Assembly (NCBI RefSeq): GCF_000150275.1
Contig: NW_002060963.1
Span: forward strand, 298,390-314,797
DNA from: Trichoplax adhaerens
Taxonomy: Eukaryota; Animalia; Placozoa
Length of the DNA stretch: 16,408 nucleotides
Direction: 5' to 3'
Shown in pieces: positions 12,401-16,408 of the stretch; position 1 is the first letter of the stretch; every line of letters starts with the position of its first letter. The position numbers were made by a program, and so were the translations under genes. Below the pieces are notes generated by a model. The model made no database searches. It was not told the DNA's origin and saw nothing but the letters and a program-made list of their open reading frames with translations.

Positions 12401-12732
12401 GACAAGTGCTTAGCGAAAGCAGTAATGATATAACTAAACCTTGAGTAACACAAGCATATTGTAAGGTAGTAAAACAGTAATCACTATCGTAAACTGTTAT
12501 ATTATACTCGTATGTCTGTGCATAACTAGCTGTATTGACATATAGTGATTGATGTAAATGCCAACAATATTACGAAACTATAATAGATTCTTTGATGTTC
12601 ATTAATCTAGTAAAACATTTATCAAATTTTTAGTTACGTATTGTCAAAGATGCCATCGATGATCAATTACAGGAAAATAGAGAACCAAAGCAAATTTTAG
12701 CTGATCTATGGGCCATTACTAGTGGTGACTAA
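427..12732 (+). CDS. 5'-incomplete multi-exon gene: leucine-rich-repeat GPCR (LGR/RXFP-like) with C-terminal pseudokinase domain. join(427-498,583-654,1621-1692,1792-1863,2132-2203,2388-2459,2563-2637,2950-3027,3338-3406,3580-3654,3806-3874,4871-4942,5175-5249,5563-5640,6484-6555,6746-6817,8771-9825,10017-10084,11107-11336,11423-11621,12100-12348,12634-12732)
   Basis: All exons are bounded by AG/GT and the phases chain without a stop. Total 3067 nt = 1 nt carry-over + 1022 codons including TAA. LRR, 7TM and kinase-subdomain motifs occur in the expected order. No start codon, signal peptide or N-terminal cap was found inside the window. Confidence 0.85.
583..654 (+). CDS. LRR exon 2 (RLSNNSIDRIPLHTFSSSSPLTIV)
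   Basis: tttag|...|gtaagt, 72 nt, phase 2-2. Confidence 0.9.
1621..1692 (+). CDS. LRR exon 3 (DLALNKISFVDENAFGSLAVLQNL)
   Basis: ttttag|...|gtaata, 72 nt, canonical LRR. Confidence 0.92.
1792..1863 (+). CDS. LRR exon 4 (DLSRNRLTRITASLFANIPYLTSL)
   Basis: ataag|...|gtaggt, 72 nt, canonical LRR. Confidence 0.92.
2132..2203 (+). CDS. LRR exon 5 (NLTLNRIESVPDFVFVNLQDLETL)
   Basis: gatag|...|gtaagg, 72 nt, canonical LRR. Confidence 0.92.
2388..2459 (+). CDS. LRR exon 6 (WLGNERLQYLNQQAFYGLNRLKYL)
   Basis: attag|...|gtaaga, 72 nt; this is the tail of track ORF 2239-2463. Confidence 0.92.
2563..2637 (+). CDS. LRR exon 7 (QIDYCRNLRTLNFKLFLNLKPLFAL)
   Basis: ttttgtag|...|gtaaat, 75 nt, phase 2-2. 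Confidence 0.82.
2950..3027 (+). CDS. LRR exon 8 (YLRFCNLSASAFKGSSFQQLSGLRAL)
   Basis: attag|...|gtaagt, 78 nt, phase 2-2. Confidence 0.85.
3338..3406 (+). CDS. LRR exon 9 (YLDNNDLSDIDESLFKNMAFQNL)
   Basis: tttag|...|gttagt, 69 nt, phase 2-2. Confidence 0.88.
3580..3654 (+). CDS. Degenerate LRR exon 10 (GLGFSKLSPKKVNFIASLGTDLTSL)
   Basis: ataag|...|gtaagt, 75 nt, phase 2-2, ends in LxxL. Confidence 0.78.
3806..3874 (+). CDS. Degenerate LRR exon 11 (YLDGLRLKDFINASMISKEIQNL)
   Basis: ttttag|...|gtaaat, 69 nt, phase 2-2. Confidence 0.78.
4230..4555. repeat. Dispersed repeat family 1, copy A (intron 11), with terminal hairpin; possible non-autonomous Helitron-like element on the - strand
   Basis: 4230-4262 matches 15272-15304 at 32/33 nt; about 4462-4555 aligns by eye with about 15336-15420. 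Confidence 0.7.
4871..4942 (+). CDS. LRR exon 12 (YLNDNDISSIHASSAPILRSLKKL)
   Basis: atcag|...|gtaaga, 72 nt. Confidence 0.88.
5175..5249 (+). CDS. LRR exon 13 (VMDRNNMGNQGYVTLITLTPNLIQL)
   Basis: tttag|...|gttagt, 75 nt, phase 2-2. Confidence 0.8.
5563..5640 (+). CDS. LRR exon 14 (FLSKNNISEICPKFLSSTAFSKIRYL)
   Basis: tatag|...|gttagt, 78 nt, phase 2-2. Confidence 0.87.
6484..6555 (+). CDS. LRR exon 15 (NLNSNNIEKLDSYCFWSMPDLNNL)
   Basis: aatag|...|gtaagt, 72 nt, canonical LRR. Confidence 0.92.
6746..6817 (+). CDS. LRR exon 16 (ALKDNPLISFNYRSFGGVAGIRSI)
   Basis: ttcgcag|...|gtaagt, 72 nt; LxxNPL is typical of the last LRRs of LGR ectodomains. Confidence 0.92.
7875..8294. repeat. Dispersed repeat family 2, copy A (intron 16)
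   Basis: Collinear similarity to 13610-14043, e.g. gaggaacaatagcgcaact vs gaggaacaacagcgccact, caatttatagtaa in both, acatttctagat in both; boundaries approximate. Confidence 0.75.
8771..9825 (+). CDS. Hinge + seven-transmembrane exon, rhodopsin-class LGR/relaxin-receptor-like
   Basis: Acceptor ctatag at 8770. Hinge YLCC...CRPNPNQFSLSTCYNIL; TM1 LRVFIWVIGIISVVGN; TM2 NLSAADFIMGIYLIIIA; TM3 LITLDRY; ECL2 SACLP; TM6 TDLICWLP; TM7 LPLNSCINPIIY. Donor gtgagt at 9826, with an alternative same-phase gtaagt at 9793. Confidence 0.95.
10017..10084 (+). CDS. Linker / start of kinase N-lobe exon (IYTGSIHPSLVIALSSNPELSK)
   Basis: atctag|...aag|gtaatc, phase 1 to 0, exactly bridging the 7TM exon and the 11107 exon. 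An in-frame alternative acceptor would start the exon at 10002. Confidence 0.65.
11107..11336 (+). CDS. Pseudokinase exon, N-lobe (VYIKVELP...LGWLQLYNAKDNLPWEKEISFYTYIKSKDCKLKNVMGCLWY...)
   Basis: tacaag|...|gtaggt; WEKEISFY...LKNVMG resembles kinase helix C and subdomain IV (WxRExEIY...HENIL). Confidence 0.75.
11423..11621 (+). CDS. Pseudokinase exon, subdomains V-VIb (ITCF...ILQISMNIIQAIQSLHLNNIVHGSINTDAVILL)
   Basis: ttttttcgcag|...aag|gtacgt; IxxxIxxAIxxLHxxNIVH is a clear kinase helix E / catalytic-loop signature. Confidence 0.85.
12100..12348 (+). CDS. Pseudokinase exon, subdomains VII-X (ALLGKFS...KTDISDFALLCNEL...)
   Basis: atctag|...|gtaagt; ALLGKFS sits at the xKIxDFG position and KTDISDFALLCNEL at the xxDIWSFGxxxxEL position. 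Confidence 0.82.
12634..12732 (+). CDS. Terminal exon, kinase subdomain XI-like (LRIVKDAIDDQLQENREPKQILADLWAITSGD*)
   Basis: tttttag acceptor, phase 0, stop TAA at 12730-12732, followed by AATAAA. Confidence 0.72.
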   Translation, partial: LRIVKDAIDDQLQENREPKQILADLWAITSGD

Positions 12733-12794
12733 AAGGATTTCATAGCCTACTCATCACTAAGTGTACCGAATAGTGTGAATTAATCATTCCCAAT

Positions 12795-12800
12795 AATAAA
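12795..12800 (+). promoter_or_regulatory. Candidate polyadenylation signal AATAAA
   Basis: Located 63 nt after the predicted stop; the hexamer is common in AT-rich DNA, so support is positional only. Confidence 0.45.
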
Positions 12801-13609
12801 TCCCTGATGACATAATAGCCTGAAAATTAAAATAGAAAATCGAACTCAGTAAGAATGATGAAAGTAACTTGTGACTCGAGTTTGTGCTTTTTTTAAATAT
12901 AGCTTTAACAATGAGAGTAGCTCATTAAATCTATAGTGTTATGGATATTTGACCAATGTCTGAATACACTGGTAGATTTCTGTTCCGTAAACGGTTGTAT
13001 TTATCATAGTAATTTTACTATAATAATTTTAGAAAGTAAGTATTGTCCTTTACCTTTCGGCTAATATTGTTCAGTCAGCGTAGGATAAGGTCAGTGATGA
13101 ATGACCTGGAAAGCTCTTGTAACTTCCCCGATAAGTTCGTAATTTCCAAAAAAACATAGAAATGAATGTATTGCTTGCGAGTAATTTTTTGCTGCCTTAA
13201 TTAATTTCAAGAGTCTATGATAGGAACATTTAATTACATTTATCGTCTGGTACCTGATAAATACATATCCCAGTAATAATATAAAGTTAGCATTGATATA
13301 CGTGTAACGGCATTGAAATCAATTTGAATCGTGATTCTCTTGCTAATAAACTTCGTTCTTTCAATTTTGAAGCTCTCATATAAAAATTTTACGTGTGTGA
13401 TGTTCTCGTCTCCTTCTTAAACCTAGTCTACCGATAAAATTTAAACTAGTGCACATCAATAAAATCTTTATATGCTTCTGTTGTGCTTGTAGGGACTTTG
13501 ATGCCACCTATCGAGGCATCTTGTATTCTCACTTAAGGCTACAACTATCGTTTCTAAAACTGTTCATTGACAGTACTCGACTATTCTAACGTTTAAATGT
13601 AATATTCTT

Positions 13610-14043
13610 GATACCACTAGTCCACTCAGGTCTTTGCTGCAAATTTTATGCTTTGGTGAATGTGCTATTATTGCAAACCGAAAGTTATGCACAGGAAAAA
13701 TATAACTATTATAGAAATCTACAACTACGAACCTTCTGTCGGGGTTATCCTCCCTGACACTATAACTTTAAATTCGAGCGATCTGCTATCGATAGGAGGA
13801 ACAACAGCGCCACTAGTCTCTCGTTAGACAAAGCTGAGGCCAAGCATTATTGAAAAAGTCAGCCAATTTATAGTAAATCTACATAAATATTAATTGTCAG
13901 TTTGTAGATATTAAAAAACTAAGCAATTGTCTATTAAAAGCATGTAAAACGTCATAGATAATTTAATATGAACACATTTCTAGATACGTTATCTTACAGA
14001 ACCTATTACAGAACCTATGTTACAACAGCTACACAAAAGTAAC
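13610..14043. repeat. Dispersed repeat family 2, copy B (downstream of gene), with internal 12-bp tandem duplication at 13994-14017
   Basis: Same orientation as copy A, many substitutions and small indels; ttacagaaccta occurs twice in tandem. Confidence 0.75.
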
Positions 14044-15271
14044 ATTAATAGTTGCTAGTGGATAGAATGATTTACAATCAGTTATAAGCATTCTATTGCT
14101 ACGCTAGCCCTATGATATCATACCTAGTAAATAAGATTTTATAACACCTATAATACAGCTTATTTCAGGGCCCTAGCTCTAGTGATCTTTCTGTGATACA
14201 AAAAACCTTACAAAAGGAGAATTGTAATGGAGTATTGATAGGATCTTTGTTTTTATCTTGATGATAATTTAAAAATTAGTCTAATCGTAATAGGTTAGAT
14301 ACAAAAACTCTTTAACATAATGCTACGAAACAGAATTTCCCAATTGGTTTAGCATGCTTAATTTAGCGTGTGTAATTTTTGGAAGCTATATATAGTAGTT
14401 TAACTATTAAAATACAAGCCCATATTTCAACTTGAAAGCAAACTGTAATAGTTGAGATTGGGTCTTAGATAATACAGCTAATGCAATGGGTTTATATCGC
14501 ATTTTGTATATCACAAAGTAGTAGTGTATATGATGTGATAAGATACCCGTTAATGTTTATGGTTTGCCATTCTACAAAGTTTTGCTATAATTTTTTACTT
14601 ATAGCTCCGGTGATAAAATCCGATCACGAAAATTCCAAAGTTGTAGAAAATTAGAACTTTATTAGATCAAATACAAAGACTAGCTACACACAGCTCTACT
14701 CTAGCTGAATACAACTACTGAAAGACTTCTAGAAAGAACAATCAGATAATCTAATATCTCTTGCTTTTATACTCTCCGCAGTCCTTACATCTGCAATCAG
14801 CGTAGCAGCACTCTACCTTATTTTGCGCATAATCAGCTTATTATTAGGTATGTCTACATGCTCATTTGATGACTAAATGGAGACATCTATTTCTGCTTTG
14901 AAACTATCATCTTTGAGTTTAGTCTTAGATAGCTGTTCCAATTTATACTTTGCGATAAAGAAAGGTAAAGTAATGTCTATTAGTAACTACTGACTTAAAC
15001 ATTCTTTTACTACACATTAAATACAGTCATCGAAGTATCGTAAAGATAGAACTTTTGTTAGTATAGACGCATCTACAGCTTTTTCACGTACACTACTAAA
15101 CTCAAATGTTCCCGTTTATATAGGAACCGTCTATCTTGCAAGTAACAAAAGTATTATTATTACTCCAGATAGATTGAAGCTGGACCCACGGCAAAATAAT
15201 AGAATATAATAATATTATTATAATTATCATTATTACATAAGAGAAATAAAAAGCAAATACGAAAGATCGTC

Positions 15272-15420
15272 AAGAGAGATATCTCGAACCGAGATGTTCC
15301 TTATTACACAGATTTTTTATCAATAAATTTTTCCAAACACTACAAATATGGTTATTATCCACTAATATACTATTCCATTATCTTAACGGTAAGGTATCAC
15401 CGCAATAATAGCACATTTAA
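15272..15420. repeat. Dispersed repeat family 1, copy B (internally shorter)
   Basis: Shares aagagagatatctcgaaccgagatRttccttat and the cactacaaat...cggt-N8-accg block with copy A. Confidence 0.7.
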
Positions 15421-16130
15421 CACAATGAATATCCTGTTCCAAGACATAATGATAATTGATATTGTAGATATGTTACTATAATCTACTTGTAAATTGTAGT
15501 AAGTATATGAGCATATTGTAAATAGGCAAAAAAAGAGAAATAAACTCATTCTTTTCTACGCATCTTCTGTTAGTCTGCGTTCTAGCAGACTTTGCTGCTA
15601 CGGTAGACGATTAGCGAATTTTCTACAAATTACAGTTGTAGTAAAGGACTAAAAGTAGAGTCCTTTGTAGCTTTTAGTATGTAACTAGTATTATTTTACT
15701 ATAGAAAATACCTAGAAAGTGATAGTGTCTTCAAGTTTTACCCTACCAAATCATCATGTCACCATCTTTTCTTCTTCATTATTTTACAAAATATTATATA
15801 GATTACTATAGAAGTAGCCCTACAGCAATTGCCTAATCTAAAGAAAGGGCGTTTGATCGTCTATTCAAATTGTAAAGGAATTTGACTTAGTATCAAAATC
15901 CTATCCTTAGAGAAAGGGGATTTATAACATGACGATAAAGTACTGTAATGCAGTCTATAATCGTATAGTTACAGTACAATCTGACGCTAAAACATCAACT
16001 GTCAATACTCAGCGATACTAATGTCAGAAAAGTAGTCGTAATAGTCATATAAATTTTTTTGATAAGCGATTACTGTGATCTTTAGAAAAACCGAATTTTT
16101 CGGATTCGGATTCCGGAGCCGGTTGGATTT

Positions 16131-16190
16131 ATGTCCGATATAATTTTCCTGTTTCAATTTATGTCTGATATAATTTTTCTGTTGTAATTT
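16131..16190. repeat. Tandem repeat, 2 x 30 bp
   Basis: atgtccgatataattttcctgtttcaattt / atgtctgatataatttttctgttgtaattt, 26/30 identical. Confidence 0.85.
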
Positions 16191-16408
16191 TTGGAGTTTA
16201 GTTTATGAAAAATATCGTAAGAGTTGATTTTTGAAATTTGAACTTTTTGTTATGAATTTGAAACTTTGGAATTTTATGACGTAACTTGAAAATCACATTA
16301 GGAAAGTTTAGTTAGAAAATGGAAAATAAGGTGGAAATTGGCAGAGGTTGTGTTGATTGTTAAGGCGATTAAGTAGTTAGAATGTTATTTTTATGACTAA
16401 ATCTGATG

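Noticed and set aside
14560-15200. Possible decayed coding sequence, including a hydrophobic + strand stretch at 14733-14847 ending at a GTATGT donor
   Set aside because: Both strands contain frequent stops, and I found no recognisable family or partner exons; a BLASTx search would be needed to revive it

Overview
AT-rich, intron-rich eukaryotic (animal) genomic DNA. The compact introns and divergent LRR-GPCR suggest a basal metazoan such as a placozoan (Trichoplax-like), but that is inference only. Most of the window (427-12732, + strand) is one spliced gene whose 5' end lies upstream. I reconstructed 22 exons by hand, all with GT..AG boundaries and compatible phases, giving 1021 aa plus stop. 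They comprise 16 one-repeat-per-exon leucine-rich-repeat exons, one large hinge + rhodopsin-class 7TM exon (LGR/relaxin-receptor-like), and five further in-frame exons encoding a cytoplasmic protein-kinase-fold domain with all catalytic motifs degenerate. The main finding is an LRR-GPCR fused to a C-terminal pseudokinase, which the ORF track shows only as unrelated fragments. The rest of the window is non-coding. It holds two diverged dispersed repeat families (one with a Helitron-like hairpin end) and a palindrome/tandem-repeat segment at the right edge.
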